Assembly: GCA_947486185.1 (NCBI GenBank)
Contig: CANKTH010000003.1
Location: 13,581 to 77,580, forward strand
Direction of reading: 5' to 3'
Origin: Deltaproteobacteria bacterium
GTDB taxonomy: Bacteria; Myxococcota_A; UBA796; SXON01
Length of the DNA: 64,000 nucleotides
Shown: piece after piece, positions 28,845 through 38,832 of the stretch
Layout: each line of letters starts with the position of its first letter
Position numbering within the stretch: position 1 is the stretch's first letter
The notes under the pieces: model-generated
What the model was told of the DNA's origin: nothing
Seen by the model: the letters and a program-made list of their open reading frames with translations, nothing else
The model's database searches: none
Translations under genes and position numbers: made by a program

Positions 28845-30487
28845 GCCCACGGGAGGGAGAGCGGCGCGGGCACCTCCACCGTCTCGCCGACCGCGGGCGG
28901 TGTCCAGGGGACCGACCCGAGGCCGTCCGCCTCGCGCCACACCAGCCGGTCGTCCTCCAGATCCCAGGGTAGATCCACCACCCATACGCGCGGGGCGCCG
29001 TCGGGCCACACGGACGTCACGGTGACCGTCGCCAATCGCGTTCGGGCCACATCGCCAACGTGAAAGGGCGAAATCCGACAGAGCCGCTCGCCGGGCAGCA
29101 GGAAGGACCCCAAGGGGGCCTCGACCGACAGACGGTGATCGTCGAGGCGCGTGATCCGGAGCGGGGTAGCGAGCGGGCCGAGCATCAGCACGGAGGCGGG
29201 GTGGGGGCGACCCTGAAAACGGCGGATCATCCCCGTGTAGGCCACGGCGATCTCAAACCCCTGGAGCAGGATCAGGTGTTGCTCCTGGCCGGGTGGCGGG
29301 TCGGGCACGAGCTCGGCCACCTCGTTGGTCCCCCACAGCAAGCCGCGTAAAGCGACGCTCTGCACCAGGAGCAGCGCCGCCGCGCCCACGAGGTGCCAGT
29401 GCCCGAGCCAACGGACCAGGCGTCCGGGTGAAGGCGCGCACCACAACAAACCGAGCAGGCCGGCGACGCCCAGCTGAGCGGCGCCTACCAGGCGGGACAT
29501 CGGAAACGCGGACAGCGGCGGCAGGAGGGGCAGAATCGCCAGCCCGAGCGCCGTATGCACCCTGGGGTCCGCCGACCCCCGTACCAGCCGGACCACCAGG
29601 CCGGCACATACGAGCAGGAGCCCGACGCCGATACCCCGGCTCAAGGCTGGCGTCAGGGTCATCCAACCGTCGACCGGCAGGTTGAACCATGCGGCTGCGG
29701 AGAGCGCTCCCAGCCGTTCAGGGAGGAGCATCAAATAACGCCCGGTCTCTCGTACCGGATCGACGTAGAGGGCTGAGCCCTGGATGCCGAAACCGAGCCC
29801 CTTCCACGCGGCGGCCCAGGCCGCGGCGACGAGGAGCGCCGGGGCCCAACGGCGGAGCCGCTCGCCCGGAGGCCGCGTGACGCTGAACTCCAGGACCAGG
29901 AGCAACAATAATCCGGCGGTGCCGGCTTCGGCCGAACACAGGGCCGCCGCGACCCACACGCCGGTCCAGAGCGCCGCCCGGGGCACACCCGCGACGGCCC
30001 GGAGATGGCTGGTCGCGGCCAGGATCGAGAAGAAGAGCGCGAGCAGGCCATTTCGATTGGCGAGCCAACCTACCGGCATCGCGTGGCTGTCGTTGACGGC
30101 GAAGAGGAGCGTCGCGAGCGCAGCGGCGCGTCCTTCGCCGAGCCACAGCTGGAAGAAGCGCCCCGCGGCGAGCACCGTCAGAAAAAACCAGGTGATACTA
30201 TGAAGATGGTGAAGCCAGAGCTGCTCGCCCCAGAGGCGCCAGTCGATCCACTGGGTCACCACGGTCAGCGGCCGGAAGAACACCCCGCTGACCTCGGCCC
30301 CCACCCACCACGGCAACACCCCCTCGTCCCGCAGCTTCTGAAATTCCGCCCGATCAGATGGGAAAAACTCGAAGGCCCCCAGTAGGGTTCCGTACTGGCT
30401 GTGGGGACGTACTGGGGCGTTGGGATCGAGGTGAAGGCGATGGAGCCAATCATCGGCGCCCATCCCGGCAAAGAGGCTCGGCGCCAC
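28829..30487 (-). CDS. Polytopic membrane protein, GT-C (TMTC/PMT-like) glycosyltransferase candidate; N-terminus probably extends upstream
   Basis: ADD after the first hydrophobic segment, FFRPL, HHLHS, LFAV..SH..PVGWLANR, ALCSAE; many TMs. An extra hydrophobic helix (HRVLIALCACLL) lies in frame upstream of 30487. Confidence 0.65.
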   Translation of the reverse strand: MAPSLFAGMGADDWLHRLHLDPNAPVRPHSQYGTLLGAFEFFPSDRAEFQKLRDEGVLPWWVGAEVSGVFFRPLTVVTQWIDWRLWGEQLWLHHLHSITWFFLTVLAAGRFFQLWLGEGRAAALATLLFAVNDSHAMPVGWLANRNGLLALFFSILAATSHLRAVAGVPRAALWTGVWVAAALCSAEAGTAGLLLLLVLEFSVTRPPGERLRRWAPALLVAAAWAAAWKGLGFGIQGSALYVDPVRETGRYLMLLPERLGALSAAAWFNLPVDGWMTLTPALSRGIGVGLLLVCAGLVVRLVRGSADPRVHTALGLAILPLLPPLSAFPMSRLVGAAQLGVAGLLGLLWCAPSPGRLVRWLGHWHLVGAAALLLVQSVALRGLLWGTNEVAELVPDPPPGQEQHLILLQGFEIAVAYTGMIRRFQGRPHPASVLMLGPLATPLRITRLDDHRLSVEAPLGSFLLPGERLCRISPFHVGDVARTRLATVTVTSVWPDGAPRVWVVDLPWDLEDDRLVWREADGLGSVPWTPPAVGETVEVPAPLSLPWAYSLP

Positions 30488-30636
30488 GAGGAGGCAGGCG
30501 CATAACGCGATGAGTACGCGGTGATGCGGGTGGGCGAGCAGGCGAGAGAGCGTCGGCGTGCCGGGTTGTGGCGTTTCTATCGGCGCCAGTCAGGGCAGGC
30601 CAGTGGCGCCTCGGACACGGGCTCCGCGCGAGACGT

Positions 30637-31734
30637 TCAGGTCCCTGCGGTACAGGCGGCGAGGGCCCGGGCTACCACCTCGTGCCCTTCCGCGCTGAAA
30701 TGAGCGTCATACCGCAGATAAGGCTCGATCCCGGCGGACACCGCCTCCCGCAGGGCCGGCGTCAGATCGCAGGTGGCCACGCCGAGGCGCCGGAGCAGGC
30801 CCCCCACCGCTCGTCCCGGCGCGTCGGGGTCCGGATCCTTCACCCCGAAAGCGTCAAAGGTGCGGGCACCGGCGGTCTCCGAGACCACGTAGGCCGGCGG
30901 AACGAGCGCCACCCACAGCCGGTCGCCCCGCCGCGCCGCGGTGTCCCGCAGGTGGGTCAGGGCCTGTTCGGTGGCCGACAGGGCCTCGGCCAACACGGGC
31001 GCCCCGGAGCGGCTGAACGGGCGAAGCTCGTCCGCCAGCCTTCGCCAGTCCGGGTCGTGGCCCGCCGCCATCGCTCCGCGTTTCTGGGCGATACGGTAAT
31101 AGGCGTATAAGGCTGATCGTCCGGCGAGCCAGCCCTCCCAGGTCGCCCCCGCCGGCGCCGCGTCGGTGTGCGTGGGGGGAGCCGCGGTCACGCGCCCCGC
31201 GGGCGCGCGTATCGGGCCGCCGCTCCGGTTGTCGGCGAGGTCGTTCCCCAGGAAAAAGGCGAGGAGCACGGCCTCTGCCCCCACGGCGTCATCCAACTGT
31301 TCGTAACGGGCGGTCTCCTGCCAGGTGCCGTAGCCGTCCACCCCCGCGTTCAGCGCCTCCACCCCCGCGAGTTCACCGAGCCGAACCGGAAAACTCTCCT
31401 CTTCCGTCACCTGGAGCGCCATCGTGAAGCTGTCACCCACCACCAGCCACCGGGGCTTCTCCGCCGGCCCGAGCTCACCACCCCGCAAGCTCAAGCTCGA
31501 AAAGCGCACCCTTACCCGGTAATCCAGGCTCACCAGCTCGGTGTCCACCCCCGCGCGGGGCACGTTCCGGAGCTGGGGGTGTGGGGTGAACAGCGGCACC
31601 TCCCGCCGCTCGATGGTGTTGTAGTAGAGCTCAACCCCGGGCTCCAAGGTACGGAAGCGCGCCGCCGCCTCGGCCAGCACCACCCCGAGCACCAGGCCGG
31701 ACCCGAGGAGCAGGAGGCGCTTCAGCCAGCGCAT
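30637..31734 (-). CDS. SGNH/GDSL hydrolase-family protein (AlgX/AlgJ-like), N-terminal anchor
   Basis: VVGDSFT, NAGVDGYG, FFLGND, DAHF; N-terminal hydrophobic helix starting at ATG 31734. Confidence 0.85.
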   Translation of the reverse strand: MRWLKRLLLLGSGLVLGVVLAEAAARFRTLEPGVELYYNTIERREVPLFTPHPQLRNVPRAGVDTELVSLDYRVRVRFSSLSLRGGELGPAEKPRWLVVGDSFTMALQVTEEESFPVRLGELAGVEALNAGVDGYGTWQETARYEQLDDAVGAEAVLLAFFLGNDLADNRSGGPIRAPAGRVTAAPPTHTDAAPAGATWEGWLAGRSALYAYYRIAQKRGAMAAGHDPDWRRLADELRPFSRSGAPVLAEALSATEQALTHLRDTAARRGDRLWVALVPPAYVVSETAGARTFDAFGVKDPDPDAPGRAVGGLLRRLGVATCDLTPALREAVSAGIEPYLRYDAHFSAEGHEVVARALAACTAGT

Positions 31735-31762
31735 CGTCCGATCCTCCCGTACAGGAAAGGGC

Positions 31763-33745
31763 TCATAACCAACCCAGGCGGGCCAGCTCGTCCCCGATCC
31801 ACCCGGCCAGTCGACGATGACCGGGCACGGTGAGGTGACAGTCGTCCAGGAAGTCGTCCGGGTCGCCGCTCTCAAAAAAACGGGTCGCGGCGTCCAGGCT
31901 CGCGACCTTGCCCTGCCAGCGCTCGTCTGCGGCGAGCCGTTGGAGAAGCTCGGTATACGGTGCCATCGGCACCGGGTCGGGATGGAGGGCCTCGGTCACC
32001 AGCAACACCCGGTTGTCCCGCGCGGTCGCGACGTCCAGGATCGCGCGGAGGTTCACCTCTGCGTCCGAGAGCGGCACCGCGACCATGCCCTCGCCGTCTC
32101 GAAGCGACAGGATCATATGCTTGAATCCTACGTAAAGCCGGTATCGGTTGAGCAGCTCACGCGGGCCCGCGAAGAGATCCGGTTGCGCGCCGGTCAGGTA
32201 CCGGCTGTAGAGCTCTCGATAGGTCACCGGTGCAGTGGACAACAGATCGTTGTGTCCGAGATAGATCACCAATGTATCCGGGTCGAGGTTCTCGATCTGG
32301 CTCTCGACATACAGTCGGATGTGGAGGCTGTTCCAGCCACCGACGCCCTGGTTCACCACCTGCCAGGGATGGTCGGTCGCCTGGAGCTGCTCCTCCAACG
32401 CTTTCGGCCAGAACCAGCGTAGATCATCCATTTGAAAAGCACCGCCGGTGCTCGACCCCCCCAAGGCCACCAACCGCTGATGCAGCTTGCTGGGTGCGGG
32501 CGGGCGTACCGGAAAACTGTTGTCTGGATAGGTTCGATACTCCTTGAGCTCGAGGAGCGCCTGGAACTCCGAGGTCGCCCTGACCCAGCCCGAGGTACGG
32601 GTCCACAAGGTGTGGTCGCCGATCCTACGGATACCGTACTCGGCGACGCCCAGCAGCGCCACGGTCAGCATCAAGGACAGGGCGGGCCGATACGGGGTCG
32701 GCCGCAGGTTGACCCGGAAGAGCAGCGTGAGGAGCGGCGGAATCCCGCCGAGCAACGCCCATGCGGCAAGGCTCCCGCCGATCGCCCGACCGTAAGCGGC
32801 GATGCCGATCCCGAATCCGAGCCCGATGAGCGCTGAGGCGGCGGTGGGCAGGCGCCGCGCCGCGATCGCAAGCCCAAGGATCAACGCGGGGATACCCCCG
32901 AAGAGCAGCGGTCCGAAGCTCTCCGGCACGTCGACGAGGCGGAGCGCGTCCAGGTTGCCGCGCAGGGGCTGCTGACCGAGCAGCAAGGTGGGAACAGCAA
33001 AAACCAGGAGCGGCGCGAGGCTGGGCAGCAAGAGTCCCAGCGCCGCGCCCGCGGCTGCGGCTGCCCACCCAGACCGACTGTTCTGAGTAAAATCCTCCTC
33101 GAAGATGCGGCCCTCGGACTCGAAGCGCGCGTGATGGATCTGGACACGCCGGACGCCGCTCGTGATCGAGAACGCCCCTTCGGCTGCCCAGCGCCCGGCG
33201 CAGGCCATCACGGGCTCACCATCGATCTCCACGTCCACCCCGCGGCCGGGCGAGACCTTGAGCCTGAGCGTGAAGTCTGCCGGGGGCGCGGGAGCCGACG
33301 TCGGAGAACAGGTCATCTCGTAGCCGACCACCGACTGGCGCGCCGAACGATCCACCAGGATCGAGACGCCGGACTCGCCGCTGTGGTTCATCGGCGCGCC
33401 GACGATCCCCTCGTCCCGTTCGCGCACGGGCGCGTCGGCTGCGCGTAGGCGCTGACCCAAGCGCACCCGGAGCTGGCCGCCGTCGGGCACGGTCGCCCGG
33501 AGCTGGACGATGCCGTCCGTGAGCCGAAATCGGGGCTCGGCCGCGCGGCGCCCCCAGAGGTCGAGCGCTGCCGGGCTCAGGAGCAGGGGCCCGGCGAGCG
33601 CGGCGGTCTCGACGGGAACCACGCGCATTCGGTAGTTCCAACGTTCCGGATCTACCTCCGGGGCTGCACCGATGACCGCTGCCCACACGGCGTGGGCGAA
33701 CACCGCGCCGGCCGATGCCGATATCAACCGTCGGGGCCAGGACAT
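31763..33745 (-). CDS. Membrane protein with C-terminal SGNH domain
   Basis: Several TMs, then ALGGSSTGG, NQGVGGW, IYLGHND, DDCH; ATG 33745 is preceded by TGC-TACCTT. Confidence 0.8.
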   Translation of the reverse strand: MSWPRRLISASAGAVFAHAVWAAVIGAAPEVDPERWNYRMRVVPVETAALAGPLLLSPAALDLWGRRAAEPRFRLTDGIVQLRATVPDGGQLRVRLGQRLRAADAPVRERDEGIVGAPMNHSGESGVSILVDRSARQSVVGYEMTCSPTSAPAPPADFTLRLKVSPGRGVDVEIDGEPVMACAGRWAAEGAFSITSGVRRVQIHHARFESEGRIFEEDFTQNSRSGWAAAAAGAALGLLLPSLAPLLVFAVPTLLLGQQPLRGNLDALRLVDVPESFGPLLFGGIPALILGLAIAARRLPTAASALIGLGFGIGIAAYGRAIGGSLAAWALLGGIPPLLTLLFRVNLRPTPYRPALSLMLTVALLGVAEYGIRRIGDHTLWTRTSGWVRATSEFQALLELKEYRTYPDNSFPVRPPAPSKLHQRLVALGGSSTGGAFQMDDLRWFWPKALEEQLQATDHPWQVVNQGVGGWNSLHIRLYVESQIENLDPDTLVIYLGHNDLLSTAPVTYRELYSRYLTGAQPDLFAGPRELLNRYRLYVGFKHMILSLRDGEGMVAVPLSDAEVNLRAILDVATARDNRVLLVTEALHPDPVPMAPYTELLQRLAADERWQGKVASLDAATRFFESGDPDDFLDDCHLTVPGHRRLAGWIGDELARLGWL

Positions 33746-35559
33746 AGCCGAAGGTAGCACGCCCAGGCGCTCTCCGTGACCCCGGGATAGCCCCCGGTCG
33801 CCGCGAGGTAGTCCGCCAGCATCGGCTCCAAGCGCCGCACGCCGGGGAGCCAGGTCGCGGGATCCTCGAGGTCAAGCCCGAGCTCCTCCTTCGCGATCTT
33901 CTCCGCCGACTCCGAGCCGGTGCGCGCCAACAGGCGCTCCCACGCTGCCTCACCCTGGGGTCCGAGCGGTCGGAGCTGCGCGTAGACCAAGGACGAGAAC
34001 AGGTAGCCAAATGTGTAAGGGAAGTTGTAGAAGGCCAGGCCGCCGATAAAGAAGTGTAGCTTGTTACACCAGAACAGGCGATCCACCTCACCCACCGACT
34101 CCCCGTACCAGCTCCGCAAGATCGCCTCGGTAGACGCCGAGAGCGCCCCCGGGTCCAGCGGACCGTCACGCCGTTGGCGGTAGAAGCTCTGCTCGATGTC
34201 CACCCGAGCGGGCACGTTCACCAGAAAAGCCAGGGCCGTAGTCAGCTCTTCGTCGAGGAGCCGCAAACGTACGGCAGGCTCTTTCGCGCGCGCCATCGCC
34301 GCTTCACGGACGATGATCTCGCCGAAGGTCGAGGCGGTCTCGGCCAGCGTCATCGGCAGCCGCTGACGCGCGGGCGGCTCCCGGAACAGCACCTCGGCGT
34401 GAAAGGCGTGACCGAGCTCATGCGCGAGGGTCGAGACGCTCTTCATCGAGTCGCCCCAGGTCATGAAGATGCGGCTCTCCTTCCGGAGCGGGAAACCGGT
34501 GCAGAATCCGCCGCCCCGTTTACCCGGCCGGTCTTCCGTCTCCACCCAGCGGCCGTCGAAGGCCCGGGCAGCGAAACGTTCCATCGCCGGGGAGAAGGAG
34601 CGGAACTGGTCAAGGACGAAGCTCTGCGCGTCGGCGTAGGCGATCTTGCCGTCGCCCTTCCCGATCGGCGCGTGAATGTCACACCAGTCGAGCTTAGGGA
34701 CGCCGAGAAACCGCGCCTTGGCAGCCAGATAACGATGGAGCATCGGCCCGGCGGCGCGCGCCGCGTCCATCATCGCGTGGAGCGTCGCCTCGGTGATGCG
34801 GGCGCCAAAAAGCCACTCGTCCATTGGCTTGATACCACGCCGATCATTCAGCGTCTGGCGCGCGCCGGTGATGTGGGTGAGGATGGTGGCGCAGGTCGGA
34901 GCGACGCCCTGCCAGGCCTGAGTCCAGGCGTCAAATCCGCGGCGTCGTACGCCCGCGTCTTCGTCAAAGAACAGGTTGAAGGTCTGGGACGCCGACAGGG
35001 TCTCAGGGCCGCGGCCGCGGTCGACCGTGGTGGTCAGGCCGCCGGTCGCGACATCATAGAGCTGCCCCCAGGCGAGCACCCCGTCGCGCGCCAGCTCCGT
35101 GGCCAGGGCGTCTTCTCCTTCTGGGAGCCTGAAGCGGCGCTCCGCGCGCTTCTCCTCCAACATCGTGACCATGTGAGCCAGCGCGGGCTCGGCGGTGAGC
35201 GCGCGAAAGCTCTCGTCCGACATGAAGGCCAGCCGCGCGCTGGGCACCACCCAGGCCCGCGCCGCCCGCGCGCCCAGGTCCGTCACCAGCGCCTCGGCGC
35301 GTTGCGCCTCGACGGAGGTGCTGTCGGCCGACGCGTGACAGCCGGCGAAGGAGCCCAGCTGCTCGAGGGCGGGCGATAGGCCCTCCAGATCCAGAAGCAG
35401 TTGGCCAAAGAGCGCCGGCTCGGGCTCGGTCGGGAGGGCGTCGGCGCGGCGGCACAGTTCTGCCACCCGGCTCATCGCCGCGCGCAGGGGGTCGCTGAAG
35501 GCCGCGGCCGCCGGGCCGCCCGCGTAGATGCTGTCGAGATCCCAGGTTTGTTCCATCAC
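33724..35559 (-). CDS. pepF: M3B family oligoendopeptidase F
   Basis: WDLDSIY, RPGKRGGGFC, TLAHELGHAFH, LAETASTFGE, FYNFPYTFG. Confidence 0.92.
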   Translation of the reverse strand: MMEQTWDLDSIYAGGPAAAAFSDPLRAAMSRVAELCRRADALPTEPEPALFGQLLLDLEGLSPALEQLGSFAGCHASADSTSVEAQRAEALVTDLGARAARAWVVPSARLAFMSDESFRALTAEPALAHMVTMLEEKRAERRFRLPEGEDALATELARDGVLAWGQLYDVATGGLTTTVDRGRGPETLSASQTFNLFFDEDAGVRRRGFDAWTQAWQGVAPTCATILTHITGARQTLNDRRGIKPMDEWLFGARITEATLHAMMDAARAAGPMLHRYLAAKARFLGVPKLDWCDIHAPIGKGDGKIAYADAQSFVLDQFRSFSPAMERFAARAFDGRWVETEDRPGKRGGGFCTGFPLRKESRIFMTWGDSMKSVSTLAHELGHAFHAEVLFREPPARQRLPMTLAETASTFGEIIVREAAMARAKEPAVRLRLLDEELTTALAFLVNVPARVDIEQSFYRQRRDGPLDPGALSASTEAILRSWYGESVGEVDRLFWCNKLHFFIGGLAFYNFPYTFGYLFSSLVYAQLRPLGPQGEAAWERLLARTGSESAEKIAKEELGLDLEDPATWLPGVRRLEPMLADYLAATGGYPGVTESAWACYLRLCPGPDG

Positions 35560-37448
35560 TCCTCCAGATAGGTATAGCCCTCGAGGCCGCGCTGATACGC
35601 TTCCATCAGCGTCTTGGTCTCGTCCATCGTCATACGTCCCTCTTTGAGGGCCTTTTCGCTCGCGCGGCGTACCACCCGAACCAGATCGGCCTTCCGGAAC
35701 TGGACATAGTTGAGCACGTCCGCCACCGTGTCGCCTTCGATCACATGGTCGATGCTGTAGGAGCCGTCCTCCGCCAGCGACACGTGAACGGCGTTGGTGT
35801 CTCCGAAAAGGTTATGAAGGTCGCCGAGAATTTCTTGGTACGCGCCCACGAGGAACACGCCGAGAATGTAGGGTTCGCCCATGAGCGGATGAAGATCCAA
35901 CACATCCTTCACGTCACGCAGGTCGATGAACCGGTCGATCTTGCCGTCGCTATCGCAGGTGATGTCGGCGATGATACCCTTACGTGAAGGCTTTTCGCGA
36001 TGCCGGTGGATGGGCATGATAGGGAAGAGCTGGTCGACCGCCCAGGAGTCGGGGGCCGACTGGAAGACGGAGAAATTGCCGAAGTAGAAGTCGGCCATCG
36101 CCCGCTCCAGACCCTCCAGCTCGTCGGGCACGTAGTCGAGAGAACGGACCACGTGCAGGATCTTCGAGCAGATCTGCCAGAAAAGGGTCTCGCATCGCGC
36201 GCGCTGCTCGAGATCGAGCAGGCTCAGGTTGAAGCGGCTCAACACCTCCTCTTTGGCGGCGAGCGCGTCGTGGTAGGCCTCCTGGAAGTTCTTACGTGTG
36301 ACGCCGTCCCGGATCTCGCGCAGCTCCTGGATCACGTCCGGATCGTCGTCGTCCACCGCCGGGTCTTCGTTGACCACCTGCTCGCTCACCCCCAACACGT
36401 TGAACACGAGGACCGAGTGATGCGCGGCGGTCGCGCGCCCGGACTCGGTGATGATGTGGGGGTGCGGCACGTTGGCCTCGTCGCAGGCCTCGGCGAGGAA
36501 AGCGACAATATCGGCGGCGTACTCGTCGACCGTGTAGTTGACCGAGGACTCGAAGTTGGTGCGGCTGCCGTCGTAGTCCACCCCGAGCCCGCCGCCGACG
36601 TCGAAGTACTTCATCGGGACGCCCATCTTGTAGAGCGCGCAGAAGATCCGCGTCGCCTCCCGAAGCGCACCTTTTACCGACCGGATCGCGCTGATCTGGG
36701 AGCCGATGTGGAAGTGGAGCATCTGGAGGCAGTCCAACATGCCGTGGTCTGTCAAGAACTTCACGCCGTCCACCATCTCGCGCACGGTGAGCCCGAACTT
36801 GGCGCGGTCTCCTGCGCTGCCCTCCCAGCGTCCGGAACCTTTGCTCGCCAGCTTGGCCCGCATGCCGATCACGGGCCGCACGCCGGTCCGGGCGCTGATC
36901 TCGGCCACGAGCTTGAGCTCGGTGAACTTCTCAATCACGATGATCGGCGTACGGCCGAGCTTCTGGGCGAGGAGCGCGGTCTCGATGAACTCGGAGTCTT
37001 TGTAGCCGTTACACACGATCAGCGCTTCGGGATCGTCGTTGAGCGCCAGGACGATGAGGAGCTCGGGCTTGGAGCCCGCTTCGAGGCCCATGTGATAAGG
37101 GGCGGCAAAGCGGACGATATCCTCGACGAGGTGCCGCTCCTGGTTGACCTTGATCGGGTAGACGCCGCGATAGCTGCCCTTGTAGCCGTAGCTGTGGATC
37201 GCCTTGTGAAAGGCGGTGGCCAGCGTTCGTACGCGAAAAGCGAGGATGTCGGTAAAACGAAGCAGGATCGGCAGCTGGATGCCGCGCGCCTGCAGGTCGT
37301 CCACCAGGGTTTTCATGTCAATCGCGTCGTGGCGCGGACCGGCGGGCGTCACCTCGACGTTGCCGGCATCGTTGATTCGGAAGAAATCACGCCCCCAATT
37401 CCGGACGTTGTACAGCTCGGCGCTGTCCTGGACGTTCCAACCACGCAT
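35556..37448 (-). CDS. speA: Biosynthetic arginine decarboxylase
   Basis: VYPIKVNQ (PLP Lys), GLEAGSKPEL, CNGYKD, HFHIGSQ, DVGGGLGVDYDG, ESGRA, DITCDSDG, GAYQEILGDLHNLFG. Confidence 0.97.
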   Translation of the reverse strand: MRGWNVQDSAELYNVRNWGRDFFRINDAGNVEVTPAGPRHDAIDMKTLVDDLQARGIQLPILLRFTDILAFRVRTLATAFHKAIHSYGYKGSYRGVYPIKVNQERHLVEDIVRFAAPYHMGLEAGSKPELLIVLALNDDPEALIVCNGYKDSEFIETALLAQKLGRTPIIVIEKFTELKLVAEISARTGVRPVIGMRAKLASKGSGRWEGSAGDRAKFGLTVREMVDGVKFLTDHGMLDCLQMLHFHIGSQISAIRSVKGALREATRIFCALYKMGVPMKYFDVGGGLGVDYDGSRTNFESSVNYTVDEYAADIVAFLAEACDEANVPHPHIITESGRATAAHHSVLVFNVLGVSEQVVNEDPAVDDDDPDVIQELREIRDGVTRKNFQEAYHDALAAKEEVLSRFNLSLLDLEQRARCETLFWQICSKILHVVRSLDYVPDELEGLERAMADFYFGNFSVFQSAPDSWAVDQLFPIMPIHRHREKPSRKGIIADITCDSDGKIDRFIDLRDVKDVLDLHPLMGEPYILGVFLVGAYQEILGDLHNLFGDTNAVHVSLAEDGSYSIDHVIEGDTVADVLNYVQFRKADLVRVVRRASEKALKEGRMTMDETKTLMEAYQRGLEGYTYLEE

Positions 37449-37541
37449 GGCACCCCCGAATGCGGCGCCTGTTTACCCGAAGCGGCGGCTTTTCGCTCGT
37501 CTCGATGTAGCCCTCACGCGGCGCCCGGCTACACTGCCCGG

Positions 37542-38681
37542 ATGCTCGAACTGCTCCTCCTCACCGGGTGTATCGAGACGGGCGGGGTGGTAGCCTCCAA
37601 GTCCGATACGACGACCACGGACTCTACCTACACCCCCTACTATACGCCGTCGACCACCGATACCGACGGGGACCTCGACGATGACGGCTACACCCCGGAA
37701 GACGGGGACTGTGACGACGACAACGTGCTCGTGAGTCCGGCTCGAGAAGAGGATCCGGAAGACAACCTGGATAATGACTGCGACGGGCGCACCGATGAGG
37801 TGTGGGCCGGTGTCACCGCGGCGATGATGGACACCGAGGGCGTCTCGGATCTGGTCACGCTCGACACCTTGGGGGAGGAGCTGGACAGCGTCCGGGTAGG
37901 CGGCGACTGTATGCCCAACTTCCTCGCGGCATATGGTTCGGGCTGGGTCGCGTCGGGCGCGGTGATGATGCCCGGCGCCGGAGTCGACGAGGTGGCCGTC
38001 CCGGTGGTGATGCACATCGACGAAGAAGGCGATTGTACGCCCCTCGCGGAGTTTTCTGACCCCGACGAGTACCCCTACGGGGTCTACGGGGTCGCGACGA
38101 CGCCGGACGGCCGTATCTTCGCCACCACCGTAGGGGCGCTCCACGAGATCGACCTCGCGGGGAGTCTGAGCACCGTCGCGGAGTGGGTGTGCAATCTGGA
38201 CGATCCCGACGTCCATGAGGCGGCGGTGACCGGCCTCGTCTGGGACCTGAAGACCGGCACCTTGGGGCTTTTTGACTACTTCGGCGGCTTCGCCACCTGG
38301 GACGAAACAACGGGGCTCAACCTCTTGCTCAAGGGAGACATCGAGTACCCGGCCATCACCACGTTTACGGGTACGGTGAAGGATGGCGGCGATTTTTTTG
38401 CGCCGGGGGTCGACACCGTGACCGGGGATTATGGGCTCTACCGCTTCGATCGCGACGGCGCCGCGTGGGAGCTCGGCCAGACATGGACCGCCTCCGACTG
38501 GGCGCCTTCTATGTTGGCGATCAACAGTGACACCGGGGACGGCTACGTCACCGCCAACCGGGGCGCGTACCAGACCGTCTGGCGGCTGAACGTCGCGACG
38601 GGAGTCCAGGCCGACTTCTATCAGACCCAGTCCGGCTCGACCCGCAGCTTCGCCGGCATCATCTCGAACTATGACGAGTAG
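37542..38681 (+). CDS. Lipoprotein with one Cys/Asp metal-binding (MopE-like) motif and a beta-propeller-like region
   Basis: Lipobox MLELLLLTGC; DCDDDNVLVSPAREEDPEDNLDNDCDG; TACACT 6 nt before ATG 37542. Confidence 0.75.
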   Translation: MLELLLLTGCIETGGVVASKSDTTTTDSTYTPYYTPSTTDTDGDLDDDGYTPEDGDCDDDNVLVSPAREEDPEDNLDNDCDGRTDEVWAGVTAAMMDTEGVSDLVTLDTLGEELDSVRVGGDCMPNFLAAYGSGWVASGAVMMPGAGVDEVAVPVVMHIDEEGDCTPLAEFSDPDEYPYGVYGVATTPDGRIFATTVGALHEIDLAGSLSTVAEWVCNLDDPDVHEAAVTGLVWDLKTGTLGLFDYFGGFATWDETTGLNLLLKGDIEYPAITTFTGTVKDGGDFFAPGVDTVTGDYGLYRFDRDGAAWELGQTWTASDWAPSMLAINSDTGDGYVTANRGAYQTVWRLNVATGVQADFYQTQSGSTRSFAGIISNYDE

Positions 38682-38832
38682 CCCGGCCCCCCCGGACTCT
38701 TCGGCCTTGAGGCTGGTCAAGGTCTCGCTCGCGGGGCTTGTGTTGTTTTTCGTGTTGGTCGGCGCCGGGCCGTACGTCGAGGCGCCGCTCGCGGCGATGA
38801 TCGACCGGATTGAGGCCCGATGGTTCCGCTGA
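38671..38832 (+). CDS. Small (53 aa) single-TM protein not in the ORF track
   Basis: MTSSPAPPDSSALRLVKVSLAGLVLFFVLVGAGPYVEAPLAAMIDRIEARWFR; overlaps the upstream stop and the downstream start, filling the gap exactly. Confidence 0.6.
   Translation: MTSSPAPPDSSALRLVKVSLAGLVLFFVLVGAGPYVEAPLAAMIDRIEARWFR

Noticed and set aside
36000-37541. N-terminal ~510 aa of the 893-aa plus-strand ORF
   Set aside because: Antisense to speA; the real gene starts at ATG 37542, which has a lipobox and a -10 motif.
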